This document shows positions 52,597-64,000 of a stretch of 64,000 nt of DNA, in pieces. The notes under the pieces are model-generated. The model had not been told where the DNA came from. It did no database searches and saw only the letters and a program-made list of their open reading frames with translations. The position numbers and the translations under genes are program-made. The stretch's first letter is position 1, and each line of letters begins with the position of its first letter. Source of the DNA: Eledone cirrhosa (Eukaryota); the NCBI GenBank assembly GCA_964016885.1, contig OZ024761.1, positions 11,904,001 to 11,968,000 of the forward strand, written 5' to 3'.

Positions 52597-52918
52597 GTTT
52601 GAGGAATTTTACTGCTGGGTTCTGGATGGTGTTGTTGAACCACCAGAGAAGTGTGGTCAATATCAGAACAAGTTTGAGGAATTTTACTGCTGGGTTCTGG
52701 ATGGTGTTGTTGAACCACCAGAGAAGTGTGGTCAATATCAGAACAAGTTTGAGGAATTTTACTGCTGGGTTCTGGATGGTGTTGTTGAACCACCAGAGAA
52801 GTGTGGTCAATATCAGAACAAGTTTGAGGAATTTTACTGCTGGGTTCTGGATGGTGTTGTTGAACCACCAGAGAAGTGTGGTCAATATCAGAATGACAAG
52901 TTTGAGGAATTTTACTGC
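52597..52918. repeat. 75-bp tandem repeat, ~4 units
   Basis: AGTTTGAGGAATTTTACTGCTGGG...TATCAGAACA. Confidence 0.95.
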
Positions 52919-52919
52919 A

Positions 52920-53922
52920 TATCCAGCCAGAATTCTGTCACCTCATTCTGTTCAAACCAGTCACTCATACTTATGTTAAGGTATTGTTCTCAAAATAAAT
53001 AACATCAAAATCTCATAGATTCGATATTATGTGTGATAAAGCCTTTACCGTGAAAACACAAAAGTATATATAGAGTAATGTAAATGTTATGTGAGATATT
53101 ATGTGAGGTAAAGTCTTTACTGTGAAAATACAATAGTATATATAGAGTAATGTAAATGTTATGCGAGATATTATGTGAGGTAAAGTCTTTACTGTGAAAA
53201 TACAATAGTATATATAGAGTAATGTAAATGTTATGCGAGATATTATGTGAGGTAAAGTCTTTACTGTGAAAATACAATAGTATATATAGAGTAATCATCA
53301 TCATCATCATCGTTTAACGTCCATCTTCCACGCTAGCATGGGTTTGGATGGGAATTTTCCCACTTGAGGCAAGATTGGTTGTCTCGCTCGTATAGGACTG
53401 TCTGGCGGGTTTTCTACGGCTGGATGCCCTTCCTAACACCAACCACGTTTACTGTGTGGACTGGGAGGTTTTTACTGTGTTACCTACACGGCCACATTAC
53501 AGCGTGGACTGTATTTTTTTGTCGTGACACCTACACAACCTCATTTATTTAGGACTGGATGTTGTGGTACCAACATAACTTCACATTGAAAGGGGTGGTG
53601 TGGATGGGGTGGGGGTGGTGGGACGGGGGTGTACTTTTGTTAGAGGTGCCTACTGACTGTAGGTTTCGCTTTGTACATAGGCAAGGCGGGTCTTCTGTAT
53701 TACTGCGTAGCGCCAAAGATCTCGGTCCAGTGACATTGTCTTGGAGAGGTGTAAGTGTGTGAGGTCGGAATTTATCAAGTCGTCCCAGGTTTTTCTGGGT
53801 CTGCCTACTCCGTGGCTACTGTCTATTTTTATCGCCCTGTAATGTAAATGGTATGTGAGATAAAGCCTTTACTGTGAAAATATAATAGTATATATAGTGT
53901 AATGTGAAGACTAAAGGGTTAA
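52920..53922. mobile_element. piggyBac-like MITE with ~3 internal 72-bp units, interrupted by an RTE 3' fragment (53295-53838, minus)
   Basis: Same unit as 7635-8500; ends CTAAAGGGTTAA; LINE piece with (CAT)n tail. Confidence 0.75.
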
Positions 53923-55702
53923 AGCAAGTTAATAATTATATGAGGTGTTCTCAAAGTGAAGAGAGATTCAGGTAGAGTGTGGTGCTATAATAATTGTTTC
54001 AACTTTAGGCACAAGGCCAGCAAAATACCCAGTGTATTACTGGTACTTTATTTTATCGACTCCATAAGGATGAAAGGCAAAGTCAACCTCGGCGGGATTT
54101 GGACTCAGAACGTAAAGGGCCATAACTCTGTGCTGCAAAGCATGGTGTCTGAAGCTCTACCGATACTGCTAAACCTCATAGGCACAAGGCCCCAAAATTT
54201 TTTCTGAGGGGGGGGGGGGGGGCGGGGGTCGATTAAATCGAGACTCCAGTGTATTACTGGTACTTTATATATCGACCCCGTAAGGATGAAAGGCAATGCT
54301 AACTGCGGCGGGATTTGAACTCAGAACGTAAAGGGTTTCTGATTTAGGCACAAGGCCAACCATTTTGGGGCAGGGAAAAGTCGATTAAATCGACCTCAGT
54401 CCGTGGTTGGTACTTTATTTTATCGACCCCATAAGCATCGTATCTTTTTTTATTTTTTTTATATCTATATATATATATTCTAATTGTAGTCATCTCTTTT
54501 TTAAAAGATACTATGGTGTGATTGCGGGGGAATTTGGCTGCTTCTTCTAACAGGTCGAGCTCCGTTTAAAAGTTCCTGTTAGAAAAAAAATCTAGTTGAC
54601 GAGTGTTTTTGACTGGTGTGAGAGAATAAAGGTGGAAAAGTTTCTTATATTCTCACAAACCGTTAATCCGAGAATAAGTGTTATTCATCTTAACTTGTCA
54701 ACTATTCGTGTTCGGTAAAAAAATATTGTAATGAAAAGAACAAACTACAAACAGGCCAAAAGTTGGGAAAACGAGAGAGAGAGAGAGAGAGAGAGTTAGA
54801 TAGATAGATAGAGAGAGAGAGTAAAAAAAGAGAGAGTGAGTGATGTAGATAGAGACCGAGAGGTAAATACAGAGAAAGTGTTTAAGAGAGATAGATAGAT
54901 AGATATAGAGAATTAGTGAGAGATCGAGAGAGAGAGAGTTAGATAGAGAGGAAAGGAGCGAGAGATCAAGAGAGCGTTAGTGAGAGCGAGAGAGAATTAG
55001 TGAGAGATAGAGAGAGTTACTGAACGAGAGAGAGAGAGTGTGTGTTAGTAAGAGATAGAGAGAGTTACTGAACGAGAGAGAGAGTGTGTGTGTTAGTAAG
55101 AGATAGAGAGAGTTACTGAACGAGAGAGAGAGATTGTTAGTGAGAGATTGAGAGAGTTAGTGAGAGATTGAGAGAGTTACTGAACGAGAGAGAGAGAGAG
55201 AGTGTGTGTGTGTTAGTAAGAGATAGAGAGAGTTACTGAACGAGAGAGAGAGCGATAGAGAGATTGTTAGTGAGAGATTGAGAGAGTTAGTGAGAGATTG
55301 AGAGAGTTAGTGAGAGATTGAGAGAGAGTTAGTGAGAGATTGAGAGAGTTAGTGAGAGAGAGAGAAGTTTGTGAAAATATTGAACTCTCTCAGAAGTATT
55401 ACTATAAACAAAAGACGGGAAAAAAACGCTAGAAAGAGAGAATGTGTTAATATTTCAGTGTTTAGTTATTGTTATAAATGTTCAGTTAGATGTGGCGGAC
55501 ACTTAAATAACGAATATATACATATATATATACACATTATATATACATATATATGTGTATATATATACATATGTGTGTATATATTTCGTTCAGCAACGAA
55601 TAAGCGACCACCATTGAATAGAGAAATCCTTTTCCTCGTTATTTCTACGGTTTTTTTTTTTTTTAATATCTTCTCTGGTGTCTTTATTTATGTCTTCTGT
55701 AG

Positions 55703-55908
55703 AAGACTCGGCGAGAGAGAAGCGAGGGCTAAGCCATCTGCAATCCAACGGCAACAGGCTGTTGACATCGGTGGCGATCACAAAACCAGTTGGAATTAAA
55801 CCACAGTACGGCAATAATACAGATATTGACTTTGGTGTGGGTCGTTATATACCAACAGAGGAAGGATCTAATTCACTCTTGGGCCACACATATACGGACA
55901 TCTCAAAA
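55703..55908 (+). CDS. Candidate internal coding exon of an unidentified host gene (206 bp)
   Basis: Acceptor TTTATGTCTTCTGTAG|, donor AAA|GTAAGA, open frame DSAREKRGLSHLQ...TYTDISK, non-repetitive and more GC-rich than flanks. Confidence 0.5.
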
Positions 55909-56866
55909 GTAAGAGTTTTTTTTAAAAGAAATATATATATAATTAATAATTAATTGTATGATCATCGCTATTGTTGTTGTTGTTATAATATTTGACCCTC
56001 GGGAATCTCTCACCCAGACCACATTGTGGACAGTCCGTTCTGATTTCATTAAGAGTTTAAAAAAAAAAAATATATATATAATTAATAATTAATTGTATGA
56101 TCATCGCTATTGTTGTTGTTGTTATAATATTTGACCCTAGGGAATCTCTCACCCAGACCACATTGTGGACAGTCCGTTCTGATTTCATTTCTGCTATTTT
56201 TGTTATATTTTTACACGAACCTCCACAAAAGCCTGCTTCTATACACAGTATCGTCCTGAGCTGTCTTTAATGTTGGCCGAAATCCCCTATGATTATAACA
56301 TTTATTGTATTATATGTGCTAGCCCTTTGTGGGTTATCACTAAGTGAAATCAAGCAAGCACTGGGATCGATTTAATTGATTTACTCCCTTAAATTGCTGG
56401 CCTTGTACCTAAATCAGAAACAATCATAATTATTTATAATTATTATTTATAGTCTTCGTTCTTGTAGTTTAGAATTTATTCATTTATATATATATAATTA
56501 TATATATATATATGTGTGTGTGTGTATATATATATATATGTGTGTGTGTATATATATGTGTGTGTATATATATATGTGTGTGTATATATGTGTGTGTGTG
56601 TATATATGTGCGTGTATGTATATATATATGTGTGTGTATATATGTGTGTGTGTGTATATATGTATGTGTATATATATGTGTGTATGTATATATATATATG
56701 TGTGTGTATATATGTGCGTGTGTGTATATATATATATGTGTATGTATATATATATATGTGTGTGTATATATGTATGTGTATATATATATGTGTATATATA
56801 TGTGTGTATGTATATATATATATATGTGTGTGTGTATTTATGTGTGTGTATGTATATATATATATA

Positions 56867-56929
<63 letters not shown>

Positions 56930-57148
56930 ATGTATATATATATATGTGTGTGTGGGTATATATATATGTATGTATGTATATTGTGTGTGTATGTGTAAAG
57001 TTTGAAAGGCTGAAATACTCCAGTGTTTTCAGGACGGCAGGACAGTATTGTGAGGCGACTGTTGTCAATAGACACTTATTCAACACTATATAAGAATGTT
57101 GTCAATAGTACTTTGAAATGTTTAAAGTCATATATATATATGTGTGTG

Positions 57149-57179
<31 letters not shown>

Positions 57180-57184
57180 ATGTG

Positions 57185-57219
<35 letters not shown>

Positions 57220-57627
57220 ATGTGTGTATATATACACACACACACACATATATATATATACACACACACATATATATATATGTGTGTGTGTGTATATATA
57301 TATATATGTGTGTGTGTGTGTATATATATAAACACACACACACATATATATATATACACACACACACATATATATACACACACACACATATATATATACA
57401 TATACACACACACACATATATATATACATATATATACACACACACATATATATATATATATATACACACATATATATACACATACACACACACACACACA
57501 TATATATATACACACACATATATATATACACATACACACACACATATATATATATATACACACACACATATTTATATATATATACACACACACATATATA
57601 TATATATACACATACACACACACACAT

Positions 57628-57665
<38 letters not shown>

Positions 57666-58111
57666 TACTCTATATAAAATGTTCTTAATTTCAGATGGTA
57701 ATTTCAATTTTCACAATAACAGAATGAAAATTAGGGACAAATAATTATATACAGATACTTAATTAATTAGATAAATAGTTCAAATAAAAAAAAAAAAAAA
57801 TTAAAACGAAAGAAACTATTAATTCAAACTAAATAATGTGTGTTATTCGGTCACACAACACTTGTAACTGATTCACATATACAGGATCTTACTCCACTCA
57901 CACATACATATATAAATATGTGTGTGTGGGGTCCTGGGCTCAATCGGGAGTAACTACAGTAAGTAACGAACTCAATACATTAGTAGAGTGTATTTAACCG
58001 AGGAAATCACCAGGAAAAGCCCGTAGAGCCATTTCTATATTAAATTTTGTTATCGGAAGTTTTTCGTTAACTCCTAAGCCGAAATACGCTTCTCGCTAAT
58101 TTATATTTATA

Positions 58112-58164
<53 letters not shown>

Positions 58165-58964
58165 GCGTAGGTCCCGGGTTGAGTCGGGGATAACCACAGT
58201 AAGTAAGGTACTCAATACATGGCAGAGTAAAAAATTATTTATTGTATAGAAGGAGCTTCTACAGGACTAGTACTGTTTCATTCAGATGAAATCTTCACCC
58301 CGACGGCAGAGCTCAAGTCGTTTCGACGGCTATTTCTGGACTGTCCAGACGGCTATTTCTGGACTGTCGAAACGGCTTGAGCTCTGCCGTCGGGGTCATA
58401 CTTTTTCCTATATATATAGTGTATTGGTGTGTAGCGTTTAGTTATTATTGGTTCATCAGTTTGAGCATTCAATACTTATTTGGGTTTCGGGTTGGCGTTT
58501 GGTATTACACCGCAATCGGTATCTTGAATAGCAGGGTTAATAATTGTTTCTACTTTAGGCACAAGGCCGGCAATTACCTCAGTGCATTACTGGTACTTTA
58601 TTTTATCGACCCCGTAAGGATGAAAGGCAAAGTTAACCTCGGCGGGATTTGAACTCAGACCGTAAAGGGACGTAACTATCTGAGTTCAAATCCCGCCGAG
58701 GTTAACTTTGCCTTTCATCCTTACGGGGTCGATAAAATAAAGTACCAGTAATGCACTGAGGTAATTGCTGGCCTTGTGCCTAAAGTAGGAACAATTATTA
58801 ACCCTGCTATTCAAGATACCGATTACGGTGTAATACATTTACGGCGTTTGGTATTACACCGTAATCGGTATCTTTAATAGCAGGGTTAATAATTATTCTA
58901 ATATATAAGGAGCATACTTCTCCCCATTTTTTCACATATATATATTTATATATATATATTTATT

Positions 58965-59000
<36 letters not shown>

Positions 59001-59357
59001 TATGTTGAAACTCCTGTTGATCCCTTATCGAAAAAATCGTAAGGAATACAAATCGTTGAGTGCTTTACATTTGTTTACGCACAAAGTCGGCGGATTATAT
59101 GATCAACCAACTTTCATCAACTGAATACTATATATATATATATATACTATATATATATATATATAGATAATTTAATATATCTACTAACATAAGCGCACAG
59201 ATGTACGCTAATGCCAGCAAATACACAGGTTATGTCATAGTACCTAGGTGGTTCAATGCAGTCTTTATCCCATTGCAGAAACTAATTAGTTGGAGTGAAA
59301 ATTTAAGTAAGTTAATTTTTTTAAAAATTTTTTTAAAAAAATTTTCTTACTTTACGT

Positions 59358-59403
<46 letters not shown>

Positions 59404-59661
59404 TATGATCAACCAACTTCCATCAACTGAATACTATATATATATATATATATACTATATATAAATATACTATATATATATATATACTATATATATATAT
59501 ACTATATATAACCAACTTTCATCAACTGAATACTATATATATGGGAAAGAGTCAGGATCCCGATGGCTGAGCTGCGGCCGTTTCGACAACTAGATCCGAT
59601 ACCCGAAGTATCGAGTACTCGGGTGTGTTATGGTCCACCTGGTTCCTTACCACACTTTCTT

Positions 59662-59727
<66 letters not shown>

Positions 59728-59731
<4 letters not shown>

Positions 59732-59985
59732 TTGAACCGTTAAGGTATCTTTTCATGGTTATCAAAATTTATAAAACAAACTTTGTATTTTATCTGATGA
59801 GAGCGTACCAAAGTTTTGGTACCCTTGAAATATATATCATAGAATAAATATGGTTTTATAAATATAGTTTCCATTTATTTAATATCATTGAATATTATAC
59901 TCCAGAAAACTTGTTGAGTGCTCTGAATCAGTTATAAACATTTATATTTGTTGAATTAACAACAAATTGAATATCCCTTCTGCTT
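59728..59985 (+). mobile_element. HHR family F3 element with intact core (59787-59845, AUC site)
   Basis: ATTTTAT CTGATGA...GAAATATATATC ATAGAAT plus tail; abuts a truncated SINE A (59986-60151, minus). Confidence 0.75.
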
Positions 59986-60147
59986 ATCATCATCATCATC
60001 ATTTCATTTTACGTCCGCTTTTCCCTGCTTGCAAGGGTGGGACGGCAACTGATTCTGGCTTGATTTCTACAGCTGGATGCCCTTCCTAACACCAACCTCA
60101 TTCACAGTGAGTGCTGGGTGGTTTTTTGCCGTGGCACCTACACGACC

Positions 60148-60192
<45 letters not shown>

Positions 60193-60359
60193 CACTAACT
60201 GAATAAAACGTGGTCGGGATACCCAACCAAGTTGTACTGTTCAGTTAGTGTGTTAAATAATTATATATTACAACTTGTTCCTCCTATTTAGTGCTTTGTT
60301 AACTTTGGGTGTGTAGAGTATTTTAAAAAAAAAAACAATTTATATATGATTCAATGATT

Positions 60360-60766
60360 CAACTTACTAACTACTCTACACTTACTGACTACTCTACACT
60401 TACTAACTACTCTACACTTACTAACTACTCTACACTTACTAACTACTCTACACTTACTGACTACTCTACACTTACTGACTACTCTACACTTACTGACTAC
60501 TCTACACTTACTGACTACTCTACACTTACTGACTACTCTACACTTACTGACTACTCTACACTTACTAACTACTCTACACTAACTAACTACTCTACACTTA
60601 CTAACTACTCTACACTTACTGACTACTCTACACTTACTAACTACTCTACACTAACTAACTACTCTACACTTACTGACTACTCTACACTTACTGACTACTC
60701 TACACTTACTAACTACTCTACACTTACTAACTACTCTACACTTACTAACTACTCTACACTTACTGA
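60360..60766. repeat. 18-bp minisatellite CTTACTRACTACTCTACA
   Basis: ~22 units. Confidence 0.95.
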
Positions 60767-62652
60767 AAAAGTAGTTTTACGATCCAGCAGAAAGCCAGAG
60801 TTGATTACCTTGATCTCATCATCATCATTTAATGTCTGCATTCCCTGCTAGCAAAGGTTGGAAGGGTTTACATAAACCAAGTCAATACTGAAGCAGGGCT
60901 ACTGACCTCCTGGGCGAGCCAGGGGGGGGTCTCTATCCTGTTTATGTATCCTCATATCGAGTGCAGGGGAGAAGTTGTCTTGCCTTTTGAAACAAACTAA
61001 AGGTAGTTTATCTTATTGACCCAGAAGGAAGAAAGGAAAAGTTAGCCTTGGCAGGATTTGAACTCTGAATGTAATCTGTATTGTTTGGCTATTCATATAA
61101 TAATGGTTCCTGATTTAGGCACAAGACCAACAGTTGAGGGATCACATGAACACGGCCCCGAGTTGAGAGATCACAACTCCAATATTATGGACATGTGGTT
61201 AGAATGTTTCATGAAAGAATCTCTGGACAGATTTGTAGCTTGGAGATGAAAGAGTCACTCCAGGTGGAGCTGTTACTTCTCCGAGTTGAGAGATCACAGC
61301 TCTGATATTAGGGTCATGTGATTAGAATGTTTCGGGAACATAATAATAATTGTTTCTCCTTTTGGCACAAGGCCATCAAATTACCCAGTACATTACTGGT
61401 ACTTTATTTTATCGAACTCGTAAGAAATTAAAGGCAAAGTTAACCTCAGTGGGATTTGAACTCAGAATGGCAAGGGCCGTAACTCTATGCGTCAAAGCAT
61501 GGCGTCCGACCCTCTACCGATACTGCCAATCCAGATGATAATAATAATAATGGTTTCTGATTTAGATACAAGGGCAACAATTTGAAGGGAGGGGAAAGTT
61601 GCTTAAATCTCCCTTAGTGCATTACTGGTACATGATTTTGTCGACCTCTTAAGCATGAGAGACAAAGCTAACCTCGGTGGGATTTGAACTCAGAATGTAA
61701 AGCCCAGAATGAAACATGCCCCAAAATATATTCTAATTTCGGCATAAGGCTTCACTGACCCACAGGATGTGACTAATTAATGTGACTCTGTCAATTATGA
61801 AATGTATTTCAACTGACATGACCATCCTGTCATCTCTTAACCAACACTGTCTAGCCCACCATTACAATCCTTCCTTGTTCTATACATAAGATAACTTTAT
61901 GGCATTTAGACCGGCCATACCCGGCCAGAATTCTCTCACCTCTTTCTGTTCAAACCGGGCATTGAGAGATCACAGCTCCAATAGTATGGCCGTGTGGTTA
62001 GAATGTCTCAGGAAAGAACCGCTGGTCAGATTTTATGGGTAAAACCAACCAGCAGTAGACCCAGGGGTAGGCATTGAGCAGGATGGTTGGATGACATCCA
62101 TGAGCTTGGCTGGTCCTCCTTGGGGATCCAGCCGAATCAGTTGGAGATGGTTGCTTCTGACAGGACCCACAAGAAAGAGTGAGGACACTACCCTCTCAGC
62201 AATAAGTGGGCATCACAGGGTTAAACCCTCAGCTATTGCTGGTACTCATTTTCAGCTGAGTATATGGAGCAATATGAAATAGTGTTTTACTGAAGAACAC
62301 AAGACAACACACAATCCAGCCCAGGAACCAAATCCACAACATTATGATTGTAAGCCTAACCCCCTTACCTCTAGGCCATGCACCTCCGCAGGTCTAACCT
62401 AGTGGCTCCCAAATATTGTTTTATTCATGACAAATTTTTGAAAAAGTATAAATATGCTGCTGCACTTTGTACCATAAATTTAAAAAGAGTTGGCAGATTA
62501 TATTCATCATCACCGTCACCGTTTTACGTCACTTTTTCCACGCTTCACAAATCTTGTGACTAAACTTTAATTGTTTGTCACTTTAACAACTTTATATAAA
62601 CTTATATACAGATTTCAATTTGTATTTTTCACATCTTAAAACTTAATCTTAG

Positions 62653-62971
62653 TCTTTTGGGGTGATACAAGACAAGTTTACACACACACACACACATCTT
62701 CTCTTTTGGGTGATACAAGACAAGTTTACACACACACACACACATCTTCTCTTTTGGGGTGATACAAGACAAGTTTACACACACACACACACATCTTCTC
62801 TTTTGGGGTGATACAAGACAAGTTTACACACACACACATCTTCTCTTTTGGGGTGATACAAGACAAGTTTACACACACATCTTCTTTTTTGGGGTGATAC
62901 AAGACAAGTTTACACACACACACATCTTCTCTTTTGGGGTGATACAAGACAAGTTTACACACACACACACA
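62653..62971. repeat. ~45-bp minisatellite with variable (CA)n
   Basis: TTTTGGGGTGATACAAGACAAGTTTA(CA)nTCTTCTC, 7 units. Confidence 0.95.
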
Positions 62972-63406
62972 TTTTCATCCTCATCAGTTCTCAAACCAGC
63001 AAAATGGTTTCGCATGATTTAATTGAGAATACAACTCCAAATTGCCGGATCGTGCAACAGAAAAACAAATCCTGCTGGTATGATGTGTGTGTGTGTATGT
63101 ATGTATGTAAATATATATATATGTGTATGTATGTAAATATATATATATGTGTATGTATGTATATATATATATGTATCTGTATGTATATATGTATATATAT
63201 ATGTATATATGTATGTATATATATATGTATATATGTATGTATATATATATGCATATATATATGTATGTATATATATATGCATATATATATGTATATATAT
63301 ATACATGTATATATATATGTATATATATATATATGTATATATACATGTATATATACATGTATATATATATATACATGTATATATATATATACATGTATAT
63401 ATATAT

Positions 63407-63996
63407 CAGATTAGCATGGGAGGAGGGTGTTCCGAGGCCATAGTATCTACAATAAGGACGGGTTGGAAGAAGTTTAGGGAGCTGCTTCCTCTGTTGACGA
63501 AAAAGGGTTTCTCCCTGCGTACGAAAGGCCGGTTGTATGATGCCTGTGTGAGGAGCGCGATGCTGCATGGTAGTGAGACATGGGCAGCAACTGCAGAGGA
63601 TATGCGACGGCTGGAGAGAAATGAGGCAAGCATGCTCCATTGGATGTGCAGTGTAAATGTGCGTGAACGACCCAGCATAAATGTGTTGAGAGAGAAACTG
63701 TGTCTGAGAGGGATAGAATGTAGTGTACGGGAGAGGAGACTGAGGTGGTATGGACATGTGATGCGCATGGAGGATGACCGATGGGTGAAGAAGTGCCAGG
63801 AAATGCCAGTTGAAGGAAGACGTGGTAGAGGTAGACCACGAAAAACATGGGCGGAGGTGGTGAGAACAGACCTCAGATCATTGAAGCTCACGGTGGAGAT
63901 GACGAAGGACTGTGACGAGTGGAGAGATGCTGTGCTGAATAAGACCCGTCCCACCCTTGCAAGCGGGGAAAAGCGGACGTAAAATGATGATGATGA
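63407..63996 (+). mobile_element. RTE LINE 3' fragment, second subfamily with essentially no 3' UTR
   Basis: [34 protein letters not shown]; stop at 63980-63982 followed directly by the (TGA)n tail. Confidence 0.93.
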
Positions 63997-64000
63997 TATG

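Noticed and set aside
52526-53002. Repeat protein FEEFYCWVLDG...
   Set aside because: 75-bp tandem repeat open in multiple frames; no splice or homology support.
62988-63077. Possible 90-bp exon ([11 protein letters not shown]...)
   Set aside because: Weak splice sites, phase does not join the 55.7 kb candidate, no recognisable homology.

Overview
Repeat-saturated eukaryotic (animal) genomic DNA with no confidently identifiable host gene. The SINE/LINE/MITE set and massive (TA)n/(CA)n content suggest a cephalopod, probably an octopod (inference). Almost all long ORFs in the track are artefacts of micro- and minisatellites. Real coding remnants: several RTE-clade LINEs (one near full length at 16246-20060 with two in-frame stops), a Penelope-like (GIY-YIG) retroelement end, and two CRE-like endonuclease fragments. 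One candidate host exon (55703-55908) encodes an REKR furin-type site. Also present: two tRNA-derived SINE families, mariner, hAT, piggyBac-like and Helitron-like non-autonomous elements, and large minisatellites. The main hidden signal is a dense set of type I hammerhead ribozyme motifs (HHR; CUGANGA...GAAA...NUH, helices checked by eye) from about six families. They sit in short non-coding islands inside (TA)n tracts, often as head-to-head palindromes, and several share a TTGAGTRC tail motif. One lies just downstream of the Penelope-like ORF, pointing to a microsatellite-associated, ribozyme-carrying Penelope/retrozyme-like system. Ribozyme activity is not demonstrated.
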